Assembly (NCBI GenBank): GCA_965649765.1
Contig: OZ287758.1
Coordinates: 56,172,001-56,236,000, forward strand
Direction of reading: 5' to 3'
DNA length: 64,000 bases
From: Bispira polyomma
Lineage: Eukaryota
A program made the position numbers and the translations under genes. The notes beneath the pieces were generated by a model, which did no database searches, had not been told where the DNA came from, and saw only the letters and a list, made by a program, of their open reading frames with translations. Shown piece after piece: positions 22,350 through 33,249 of the stretch; the stretch's first letter is position 1, and every line of letters starts with the position of its first letter.

Positions 22350-24455
22350 TTAGCACTCAGTACAAGTGAAGATTCTGCCTTGTTGCCGATGCACTGCTCC
22401 CTTGTTGTTAAAGTGCTGCATCAGCAGCTCTCTCTGGACTTTGGTCTCTGTTGGGATTCGGTTTTGGCAGGACCCGATTATCTCCCTGTAGCTCATTAGA
22501 CTCCCCATGTATTCTTCCACTGCCAGGGTCCCATATCGTGTCCTGAGTACATTGTGCAGCACACAACATGTCATGGTCACTGTTGCCGCCACATCAGGTT
22601 CCTGCTGGATGGTGGTCAGGAGTACCCCCCATCTGTTGCTGAGGACCTCGAAGGCATTCTCCACCATTCTCCTGCTCCTGCTTATCCTATGATCTTCTGC
22701 TCTGGGGTCATGCCTCGGCGGGATAAGGTTTCATCAGCCATGCTTTCAATGCAAAGGTGTCATCAGCCAGGATGAAGCATGGCACTTCAGGTCTGGTTGG
22801 GCTGATGCATCATGGTGGGGTAAATCCAATTGAGCTGTCCTCGATCATGTTCCTCAGCTCCCATTAGTTAAATATCTGGGAGTCCGACCCCAACCCACTG
22901 CAGCCAACATCCACCCAGAGGAAGCAGTAGTTGGCATCTACAAGGACCAGAATTACAATTTAGTAGAAGCCTTTGTAGTTAAAGTACTGACTGCCACCTC
23001 CTCTGGGACATCTTATGGCTACATGCTTGCCATCAAGAACACCCAAGGCATTTGGCACATTGGATCTAGTACGGAAGACGCTTTCTACCTCTTTCCAGTC
23101 ATCTAGAGTGGTTGGACAGGTCAGCCACTCATCCTGGTATTCTTTCAAAATGGCCTCACAGACTTCAAGCACCGTCTTGTTTACACTGGATTTGCCGACC
23201 CTGAAGTCAAAGGACTAGCTGTTGGTTGTGTTACGGTCACAGGAGCAAGCACGGTAGCAATTACCGGTTGCTTTCAAGTTGTAACAGAAAAAGACAAAAA
23301 GTTTCACTTAACAAATTTATTTAACAATAAAAATAACAATTACAGGCAACTGAGATACTCAAAATAGTTTATACAATAATACAACAATAATGAAACCAAT
23401 CTGACCTGACTACAGTCCTGTCCCTATAACTAACATTTAAACCAGTTTGTCCACTGTATCCTGTAAACTCTCTTGAGATCCGTTTGGTGTCCACTAACGC
23501 ACAATGCCTGTATTCTGTTATCCGTTTGGTGTCCACGAACACAAAATGTATATATCCAAAGAGTCTGCACAACTAAGCTCTCCAGTCCATGATGCAAACA
23601 ATATCCAATATGTAGCAGTTCCACTCTCCTTAACTCCAGTTATATCCAGTTCACGCCAATGAGTTCACCAAAAAATGTATATAATAACCAGTTTATATCC
23701 ACTTGACACAGAAATAAAGTGGTTCACAATATAGCAGTCCACATAGCATACCAACTCAACAAACTCTAGTCTATGGCCAAGTCTTCAACCCTTATATGTA
23801 CTAGAGATATAGAAGGCTCTAGAGTACCTAAACAATAGTTACTAGAAGACTCCGGAATTAAATGTAAACAGGGCAACAAAACTCCAATAAAAATAGTACA
23901 CAGAACCAGCTTCTAGAAGCTTAGGGGTTTCCTCAAATCTATAAATAGCTTACTCTAGCAGAGTGTAAGAAACATCAGTATTAACTAGACTAGTTCTCCA
24001 CTGACATACAACAATGTCCTTATATGTAATAGTTGAGTCCCACGTGGCCAAAATTCACAAAACAACGCCCAGCTTGAATCCAGCAGGCAGGGGGCACAAT
24101 ACCATGTCCTCCCTCTCGGCAGCCTGGCTTCCAGCCTGGCCGCCATCTCGTTTAACAGTTTGGCATCCATTCTAATTTAGTTTCTAAATCCCTGGGCGTC
24201 ATTCTCGGCCAGGTCGTGCAGTAATGCCGTGTAATGGCCGTAGGCCTCTCTCTCACAGACCCAACTCCTCTCCCAAACCTCTGGTCTCCTTTTCCGTCTT
24301 TTCATGGGTCCCCTGGCCCCGGCCCCAGGCTTATGGCCAGCCCTGGCTCCCGCCCTTCTAGCTCTCTGCTGCAGCATCACTCTGAACATGTCTATCATCA
24401 TGCCAACAAAGGTCATGAATGTCCACGCAATCATCATCACTTTATCTGGTGGCAT
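22350..24455 (-). pseudogene. HARBI1-like DDE transposase, interrupted by a solo LTR
   Basis: W..SW...R..YGHY..LL.DL...D..GFRN, ALGVLDGKHVAI.CP..GGS.YFNYKGF, VDANY.FLWVDVG..G..SDSQIF, VENAF..L.NRW, CCVLHN. Stops and frameshifts. Confidence 0.92.
23229..24031 (-). mobile_element. Solo LTR (803 bp) with 4-bp TSD GTTG
   Basis: Ends are TGTTAC...GTAACA (intact in units 2 and 3, GTAATA here), flanked by GTTG on both sides. Removing it rejoins the transposase. AATAAA lies on the minus strand near its 3' end. Confidence 0.88.
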
Positions 24456-26789
24456 ATCTACTCAATCCTCTACTTAATTCTGTACTCAATTAATAATTAT
24501 CAATGTGCTCTTTGGGGAAAAAATTCTCAAGTGTCTGGATCATGTGTCTTGTGATCTTTACAGTCGGGATGGCCAGTACGGGTGATCTTTACAACCCGGG
24601 AGAGGAGATGGTTAATCCAGTTGTCACTCACCTGGGCCCCTGTTAAACGTGGCAATCATACTGGAATCGTTGTGTCCCTAAAGATCATAGGGAGTGTAGC
24701 TCCGGAGAATCAGGATCATTTTTAACAATTTAAAGTATTTCCTGTCCTAGATCATAATCCGCGTATCACGGCAGGTGGTCTAGAGGATTCAGCAGGGTGC
24801 CACTAGGATCGTAAAAATCAGGGCTGCTCCTGATAGATCTTCACAGTGGAACAGCGCCATAACAAACAACCATGCAGTAAGCAAACAGTCCAGTGGTAAA
24901 CAAATAAGTGAAAGCAAAAGGTCAAGAGGTCGTACTGGTAAAAACTCATACGTAAAGTCAACAATAACAAGCGTAAACACTTAAAACCTTTTTGTGCATA
25001 TTTCATAACTACAACTTAATATTAGTAGGGTTATAATAGCATTTAACATTTACCTAACCAATGGAATATTAGCAAACTAATAAACATCAAAGTGAAAGTT
25101 TATAAAAAAATATGTCTTGTACCATAACAATCGACATCACTCAAGGCATTATACTATACCCTATTGTATTTTTGATTACAATAGATTGGGTTATGAAAAA
25201 AACAATTGCAGAAGCAGAGAGGAATACAATGGGAACTTTTCAACCAACTAGAAAACCTCGATTTCCCCAGCTTTGCACATCAACACCTCCAAGGTAGGGG
25301 TGATAAAACAGATAAAATTGAAGAAATGAACATATAATCAGAAACAACTACAGGATTAAAAATTGAGGGGAAAGTTCTCAACAACACCAACAAATTCACA
25401 AATCTTTTAAAGATTATGGTTCCGAAGATAACATTCGATCAAGACTAAACAAAACCAGTACTGCCTTCAGTAGTTTAACAATAAGTATAATCTCAGAACC
25501 AAATTTACAACAGCAATGTGAAGTCAGTACTACTCTTAGGAGCAAAAACATGGAGTGTTTAAAAATTAAATGGATAACATCAATGCATGCCACAATAAAT
25601 ATCTAACAGAGCAAATTTTTTGGCCAACCATCAAACTTAATGAAGATTAATACGAAAAAACAAATGGCCAACCATCATACTTAATAAAGATTAATATAAA
25701 AAACACATTTGTTTTAAACACGTAATAAAGAGAAGGCTTGAAATGGTTGGAATAGAAAGCGTATGAACTCCAATAGGGCACTTAGATGGACACCACCAGG
25801 GACAAGGCGACCAGTAGACCTAATGCTACATAGAGGAAAACTGAAGTAGCTGAATGATGTGAACAAATCCTGAGAGGAGCAGAAATGCTAGCCAAAAACA
25901 GGACTGTGTGGAGAAAGTTTGCAGGTGAGACGTGATACTTCACCATGAAGTAAAAAGCATAACTAAGCAAGAATTTCTTAAAAATTGTCAATTAGTTACT
26001 TTTTATTCCAGCTAAACTTTCCATTTTTACAGTATCTTACTGAAATGTCATAAGTGTGAAATGTATGAAAAGAAAATCGGGCAATCAAATTTAGGTACAA
26101 AAACAAGAACTTCATAAGGCACTTATGTCCTTGCCCCACAAAAGAGTTGTTTACATTTAACTTTATAAATTTGTTCAAATTAGTGTTTAGTCTCTGTCTC
26201 TTTAATAATTTTTGACAGAAAATACAGTGTGCAAATATATATATTCAAGTCTACTTATGAACATTGATAGTGATGCTTCAATGAGACACTCAATCAATGG
26301 CAATTTAATTTTATCCGCCTAGTCGATTAATTACCTTTACAGAGATGGGATTTCTCATGTGAAAACCAATTGAGCTAAACATTATCCTTGGGGCAGATAA
26401 TGGCAGACATGACATTGCACTATTCAGTTGATTATACTAAGACCCTACACTTTACATTAAAGTTATAAACCGGCCAGGACATACATAAAGAGAGACAGAA
26501 AACATTCAAGGACAATAATGAAAACAATAATACCAAGATTTATTCAAATATATGAACAATCACTAATAACAATGATTTTTTTGTTTGGTTTTTTGTTAAA
26601 AGGCATTTTATTTACCATTTTTGTACATATTTGCTACCATTCCTTATTGGTAAAGTCTTACAATATATCTCATTAGTACACAGTATGAGTTGTAGTATAT
26701 ACATGTATTACATAAAGATGAGATTGGTACACATTATTTTGCAGATTAACAATAATTACCTCATAAATTCCTTTTAACGCAAAATATTA

Positions 26790-27367
26790 CAGGGGGTGAG
26801 TCATATAAATGCAGGTAATTTTAAAAGTGTAGATAATATTAATTATTTTGATATGTATTTATATTGACATATCCTTTTTCCTAATTCTAAGCTATTGTTG
26901 CTTCCAATTTGTTTTTTTCTTAAAACATCACACAGAAAATCGTGTGATGGGCAAGAAATCTAAATTCACAATCATACAGATTTACAGATGTCAAGAAAAT
27001 GAACGTTGTCTTTAACTTGCCAATTTATTAAAAGCATACCTTTTAATAGTGGGTCCTACTCCCATTCATGTTTACACACTCCATACAATGTTTTTGAATA
27101 GTCACAAGAGTATTTCGGATGACTTGTTTTTCCAGGTTTTCCTGAGGGCCTGGATCAGCATGGCCACATTGGAACAGGTGAATTATGATCCGGAACACTG
27201 TTGTGAATATGCGAACTGAATGGGACTACAACCCACTATTAAGTTATTTTTTCAATAAATTGGCAAATGAAAGACAACTTCAATTTTTTTGGCATCTGTT
27301 TTCCTGTGCTTGTGGATTTGGATTTTCTCGCACATCACATACTTTGCTTGGTAATTCCCTAAAGAAT

Positions 27368-27400
<33 letters not shown>

Positions 27401-27527
27401 AGCAACAATAACTTGAAACAAGGAAATAGACATGTAAATACAAATACATATTAACATAATAAAAATTCTCCACACTTTTGAAATATCAACATTTATATGT
27501 CAGAGTCCTATTTTATTTTGACCGGTG
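26790..27527. mobile_element. Fold-back MITE (Tc1/mariner-like) with ~300-bp imperfect inverted arms and a ~G30 run in the right arm
   Basis: Arms pair, e.g. TTGTCTTTAACTTGCCAATTTATT versus reverse-complemented TTGTCTTTCATTTGCCAATTTATT. TA-flanked termini TA|CAGGGG...CCGGTG|TA. Confidence 0.75.
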
Positions 27528-27852
27528 TATATATTTAATGCTTTGAAAAAGCTGGTTATTAAGCTTTCTTGTTCAATAATATAATATTTTACATATTCAG
27601 TTTCGTTAATAACGTGGCAAACACAACCATATTTTCTCAAATTTTTATTACACATTTTAAATTTGCATAGGTGATTCTGCTTTTAACCTCAGTTGACCTT
27701 GATATTCCCCATAAAATGTTTTTCAGTTACCAGTCTTTATTCAAAAGAAGTCAATATAAATATACCATACAGTTAACATGTACAAACTCTAACAATGCAT
27801 GTTACAATTTAGTAATGTACAGAAAACAAAACATATCATGAATAAATATTTA

Positions 27853-28015
27853 CAGTTAAACCCTGTTAAGTCAAAACCCAAGAGAGGGTTCCCTGAGGAA
27901 CACAAGCCCAAAAGAGCAGAGATACTTGAGAAAGATTTGGTTGGAACCCCCAAATTTTACTTTTACATAACAGGAAACTTTAATTAATGGAGTTCTACCT
28001 GAAGGGGTTCAACTG
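27853..28015. mobile_element. 163-bp pogo/Tigger-like MITE
   Basis: TA|CAGTTAAACCC...GGGTTCAACTG|TA termini. A more degenerate relative lies at ~29920-30070. Confidence 0.75.
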
Positions 28016-28099
28016 TAATTAAACAGTACTTTTTATCTAACATAGGTTAATTTTAATGAGAAACAACATCAGATTAAAGAGGTATATAATACAGTAAGC

Positions 28100-29535
28100 A
28101 TATCTCTATGTTGTAATACATTTGAAATATTGTACAGATAATTACCTAATTTTTTACAGTTTAATACTTTGCATATAAATATTCAAAAATATTTAATTGC
28201 GCATTCTTTCTAGAATGTTAATGTTAAATATACTATGTTGTGGTAATGTAGATGACATTTAAAGGAATATTTGGTACAACAAATTTCTAATCACCAAAAA
28301 TAATGGTACCAGGAAAAATATCAATATTTTTATCTATTGATCTTCTAAGCCATATTTTGATGTTCTTCCAAAAGTTAATGTTTTTTACCAGGAGGCAAAT
28401 AAATGTAAGATTTTTGCTGATTACAGAAAGAACATTTATAACTTGAGATTGATTTGGTGCAGAAAATACTTTATACCTAATAATCTGTATTTAATTTTAT
28501 ATTAGAACCAGTATTATCCTGAATAGGAGTAAAGATTATTTCATGTATTTTTTCAATTAATTTGGTATGTTGTTATCATCAGCTCTCTCTCCCAATTGTT
28601 AAGATATTTTACTTGGTCAGTTCCTTCATCCACATTCAAAACACGATAAAAATCTTGACCTCTTTTTGATTTAATTAATAAGTGAATATGATTGAGGAGG
28701 TATCGTCTTTGATTAAGATATTTTGACAAATCAATACTTTTCAGGAGAAGAGTGCATCCTGTGGTATGTTAGGAAGTTCACCGATGCACTCAAATACTGC
28801 TTCATGTTGTGCCAGATCATTAAAATTCATTTATTTGTGGTACGATCAGCAGGTGAAACAATTCCCTTTTGGTATAACTGTGGAACAAAAAAGTTAGTTT
28901 TTGAGATACTTTGATTGTACTATAGTGGTCCATAAAGTCTTTCATGAGTTTTATCAATTTATGAGAGCTTTTTTATGACATTCCTCCATGATGCAAGGAC
29001 TCCTTTCCAAAATTAGTTTTCCGTTCTTTGAGCAACTGATAAAGACCACTGAGATAAGATATAGAACTATATCAACTGAATTTAGATTAAAATGAACTAG
29101 GTAGATCCAATAAGTTCCATGGTTTAAATACAATTGACAAAGCCAACATACTTTACTAGAGCAGTTGGGATCTATCATTTTCAATCGTCCTTGTAAGTAT
29201 CCCTGGGATTACTTAAATGGAGATCAAGAGAGATAAGACTGAAGACTGACTGTATTTTGTATTCAAAATTGTATTTTGTATTCAAAATTGTATTTTGTAT
29301 TCAAAATTGTTCAAAATTGCTTTTTAGCAAAATTGCAACCCCTCGTGCATTGAACCTTTGACCATTTAACATGCATTCACCCTACCAAATTTATTTGATT
29401 GATTTCACATTTGTGTCCAACAAATGTGTATTATTTTTTGTGTGTAAATTTTCTAAAAAATGTAAAACATCTGTTCTTTTAATGTAACTTAAGCCATGAC
29501 AGTTTACTGACAACATCTTAAGATTATCTCCAATA
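28100..29535 (-). mobile_element. Second L1/Tx1-clade LINE, ORF2 remnant (endonuclease start joined to the 3' region; RT deleted)
   Basis: The minus strand gives LKMLSVNCHGL...ARGVAILL (APE endonuclease N-terminus), then GRLKMID and a C-terminal L1-like region. A 19-bp repeat (TGTATTTTGTATTCAAAAT)n sits at the deletion junction. Confidence 0.75.
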
Positions 29536-30289
29536 ATAATATTCCTGAATGATCTAATTCTCCATTGACAGCATTGTGGCAAAATAAGAATTTACCTCGA
29601 AGTACAAGCATTTAATGTGGTTTGTTTCACATGAAATAACAGAAAATAATATTTAAGAAAATACACTTAAAATACACAAATAGACACATAAGAAAACAAA
29701 GCTATGAAGACACATAAAATGGAGAGAATACCATAAACCATGTCTGCTCACCAATTATCAGTTTTCAAATATTCTTTGGGTATAATTATTTAAAAAAATA
29801 CCTTTATAAATCAATTCATATAATTTGCAATTATTGAGTGTCTATTTACCCTTTAAATCTTTAAATCTATTCTATCTTGATAGGATTAGCTATACTATCT
29901 AAAAAGAAATTTTCATAGAAAGTTAAACCCTGTTTAATCAAATCTCAAGGGATGACAATACGTATTATTACATAAGCAAACGTTGCATTTGAACAGGGTA
30001 GAATGTAGTATACATCATAAATTCCATTCTACTTAATAGGCCAATTAACCTAACAGACAGAGTTTGACTTGAATAACATTTGGCATAATTTTTGTTTAAT
30101 ATTTTATCCAGTATTAATAATACTTAAAATTCTGGTAAGACAATATATTTGATCCAATAATTATTAATCATTAAAACACTATAAAATACATCATATAACT
30201 ATTGTTTAACTTATATTATACCCAATGTTCATTATGCTTAAAGCTACAGTAAGCCAATGTTAAATTCATCATATATTTTATCTCATATT

Positions 30290-31530
30290 TCAAATGCTTA
30301 AAATTCTATCAAAACAACTTCCTAAACGATAGGCATCAATATTATGCTCATCTCTGGCAACACGCACATCCATACAAACTGCCTTCAGGGCTAGAATGAC
30401 ATCACCTTGGCAGGTCATATCTACCACATGGCCTTGAAAAGTACTTCCTAAGTATGACTTGGGTGGTGCTGACGATACTTTTAACTCCAGTGCTCTGTCT
30501 GACACAATCAAGTTGGTATCCTGAACGTTATCCTTTCTGTGTTCTATCATATGGTCATTCACAAGCAATTTATTTATAAATCACCTTGTCTTCTGCTGTT
30601 TCTGTTTGGCATCACAAAATACAGGCATGAGTTTTTGCTTGCGACTCTGCATTTCATTTGGAAGTTGCTCGCCAACTCCAAAGCGTTTTGTTTTATCCAA
30701 GTTTCCTACTATAGGTCTTGACTTGTGTTTAATCTTTTCCCCAATCTTTCAACTTGGTCAAAGGTAATAGATAGTATATACTGTGTTTGTATTTTTAGTT
30801 CATCTCTCATAAAGCTAGTTAAAAGTTCTTTGGTTGCTTCATCCGTTTATTTGGACACTTGTTAAATGTTAAAAAACTCAAAATTGCTCTGGCTTGAATT
30901 TGAAGGAAATCTTCTTTTAAATATTCTATATCCTTCTCGTTTTTGGCAGGTTGACCTTTAAATTAACTGACATTTTTACTTTTGAGTTGATCTAATTCCT
31001 GAGCTTGACCCTGCTGTGGGATTCAACATTCTTCGGTTGCATATAACGTCTTTCTATTTTGTCTGTATACTGTTGTTTATCAAATCTTTCATATCCAATG
31101 CTTTTTTTAACTTATCAAGGTATTTTGACAACTACTGCTTTATGATTTCCAACGGGGCCGCGGTGGCCTAGTGCTTAGCAAGCATTGTGCTTCACAATCA
31201 CTGGTCTCTCACCTCTGGGCGGCGTGAGTTCGAATCCTGTCGATGCCTATGTGGGAAAGGTGGTTGTTCCTTACTGTGGGCCGCTGGTTTCAGTGCAGAA
31301 CCTTGATCAACTGTATGCAGTGTTTCCTCCAGCATTTCCAACTACCCATCCCAATATAACCTAAACAGGTACTAGAGTGGACCTTAAATATTCCAATTAA
31401 AAAAAAAAAATTAAGATTTTCATCAGTATACCCATGTTAGTATCCAATGTCTCTTTAAAGGTCTCCAGCCCTTTTGACTCTCCTTGATTTTATTTAAGAT
31501 GTCCATATACTTAGAACCGTCCATCATGAA
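30290..31530 (-). pseudogene. LINE ORF1-like remnant (RRM/CTD-like) with a C-terminal IMPACT/YigZ (UPF0029)-like domain; SINE inserted
   Basis: The minus strand reads ITFDQVERLG..SRPIV..FGVGEQLPNEMQSRKQKLMPVF..AK....NKLLVND (ORF1-type), then continues in the same frame into SYLGSTFQGHVV....DVILALKAV..DVRVARDEHNIDAYRL (IMPACT-type STFQ.H...HNI.AYR). Confidence 0.7.
31154..31410 (+). mobile_element. tRNA-derived SINE, full length
   Basis: Same family as 3519-3772, with A/B boxes, an A-tail and a degenerate TSD (TTATGATTTCCAAC / TTAAGATTTTCATC). Confidence 0.9.
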
Positions 31531-31798
31531 CACTGTGGTAGGTCAAATTAGAGTATAAGATACCAAAAGGGGCATCGTTTTGCTGCCCATTTGGTTGCTA
31601 GGATACCAGTAAACGAAAAATTTGAACATATAAACTATATTTATATCGTATTAATGTATTGGTATGTACATAAATAGTTAAAATAAGGTATTTATTTAAC
31701 TAATTTACTGAGTCCATTAACAAGGAATCTCAATTATTTGCTATTGTTCTGTTTCTGTAACCTTTTGTTGGGCCCCTCATCTTCCTAGACTTATTTGG

Positions 31799-32439
31799 CT
31801 AAGGAGTCTGATGTTGGTCAGACTTCAGTTTCTTCTTCATAGTGGTAGAGGCAGCTGATTCATACTTAGAATTCAGAGTGTCTTTGATTTCCTTAAATTC
31901 ACTTGGTGACAGGTGTGTTTTCATTTCTGCTAGGATTGCCTGGATGTCAGCTTTAAGTCCAGTGTATTTAACATTGAGCTCTTCCACCCAATGTAGAGTC
32001 AAGTCCCTTCTGCATTGGTTAACAATTTGAGTCCATTTGGTCTTGAAACTCTCATTGGTGGAAATAGGGGAGTACTCTTCATTAAACACTGCGAGGGAGA
32101 TCTTCCTTCCTTCAGGTTGTGTTTGATGGAGTGAAAACTAGCTGCATTTTTAATTTTTTTCTGAATAAGTTTTTAGCCCTCAGGTAGAGAGGCTTGGTTT
32201 GTGCTAGGTATTTATCTCTGCTAGTGATGTTTCATTCACTGGAAGGACATTCTTTTGGTGCCCTTGGTGGAGGACTGAGTTGTTTGTTTGAGCTTGTTCG
32301 ACACATCCTCTAATAGGGAGAGGGTCTCGCTGATAAAATTGGCGGCTGGTAATGGTGCACCAGTGGTAGGGGTGTTGAATGCTGTTGAGGAGTCCACTTC
32401 TGGGTGGTTTAAAGCAGAATTCAAGGCAGTTTCACTCAC
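31799..32439 (-). pseudogene. Retroelement-derived helical ORF remnant, possibly a Penelope-like N-terminal region
   Basis: FKTKWTQIVNQCRRDLTL resembles the W..I.N.C..DL motif of Penelope/Neptune-type ORF N-termini. Broken by a stop and a frameshift; no RT follows. Confidence 0.4.
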
Positions 32440-33249
32440 TCATAGTGACCCAATGTAAAATTAGTCATTGTCGGTGATTTACTTTAAATCATTGACGCCA
32501 AGTACTTTATTCTACTTAAAACCACAGTTTACCTATATATATTCTGGACACTAATTATATAAGCAAAAGATATTGCATTTTCAAACAAGGCATTCTAGTC
32601 TGGTTGACGATTTATAAGTCCAACTATTGGATAGTTTGTGAAAGGTATCTTTTGTAGAATTAGATAACAGTCTGGCTAATGTCCTGGCCAGTTCATAACT
32701 TTTAATATAAAGTTTACTTTTAGGGTCTGAGTATAATTAACTGAGTAGTGTTGTGTCATGTTTGGCATTATCTGTCACAAGGATAACTTTTGGCTCAATT
32801 TGTTTTCACATCTGAAATCCCATCTCCGTTAAATCTATTAATCCACTAGGTGGATAAAACTTAATTGCCATTGATATAGGGTGTCTCTTCATAACCAGAC
32901 TTAAATTTATATACTTGCATGCTATAATATCTATTAAAAATAATTTAACAGACATAGAGTGATTAAACACTAATATGAACTAATTTATAAAGTTCCTATA
33001 GTTTTCAAAATTACTGATGTTCATAAAACTGATTGCCAGATCCTTTTAGTGATACAATACATTAAACACTTGTGACATTTGCCAGATCCTTTTAGTGATA
33101 CAATACATTAAACACCTGTGACATTTGAGCAAGATACTGTAGAAATTGATAGTTTAAGTGGAATAAAATGTCAGTAATTAACAATTTTAAAGTAATTCTT
33201 ACTTAGTTGATTGGGGGTGGGGGGTGGGGGGGGGTGGGGGGGGGGGGGG

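Larger units (their letters stand above)
19961..24847. mobile_element. PIF/Harbinger DNA transposon with two convergent genes, decayed
   Basis: ~34-bp TIRs ACTGTGAAGATCCATTGGGAGCAGTCTTGATTTT versus reverse-complemented ACTGTGAAGATCTATCAGGAGCAGCCCTGATTTT. HARBI1-type transposase on - and MADF/Myb-like gene on +. No clear TSD. Confidence 0.88.
19660..25968 (+). mobile_element. Decayed RTE-clade LINE split by the Harbinger insertion (pieces ~19660-19960 and ~24848-25968)
   Basis: The left piece encodes REVKQSARNDKRKSIEERA. The right piece encodes QGIILYPIVFLITIDWVMKK...IQWELFNQLENLDF, an RTE-type RT region, and ends in a short TAAC/TAAG-like tail. Confidence 0.7.
13759..33212. repeat. Tandem segmental duplication, unit 1 (~19.45 kb)
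   Basis: Collinear with 33213-52448. The anchor CAACTTCTTACAGG occurs at 13776, 33250 and 52492. The unit begins at a G17 run. Confidence 0.97.

Noticed and set aside
22350-24455. Domesticated host HARBI1 gene
   Set aside because: It has multiple stops and frameshifts, an LTR insertion and flanking TIRs, so it is a dead transposon copy.
27136-27177. 42-bp exon-like segment (ttttccag|...ACAG|gtgaat) as a host exon inside the duplicated unit
   Set aside because: It lies in the core of a fold-back MITE, and no partner exons or recognisable peptide were found.
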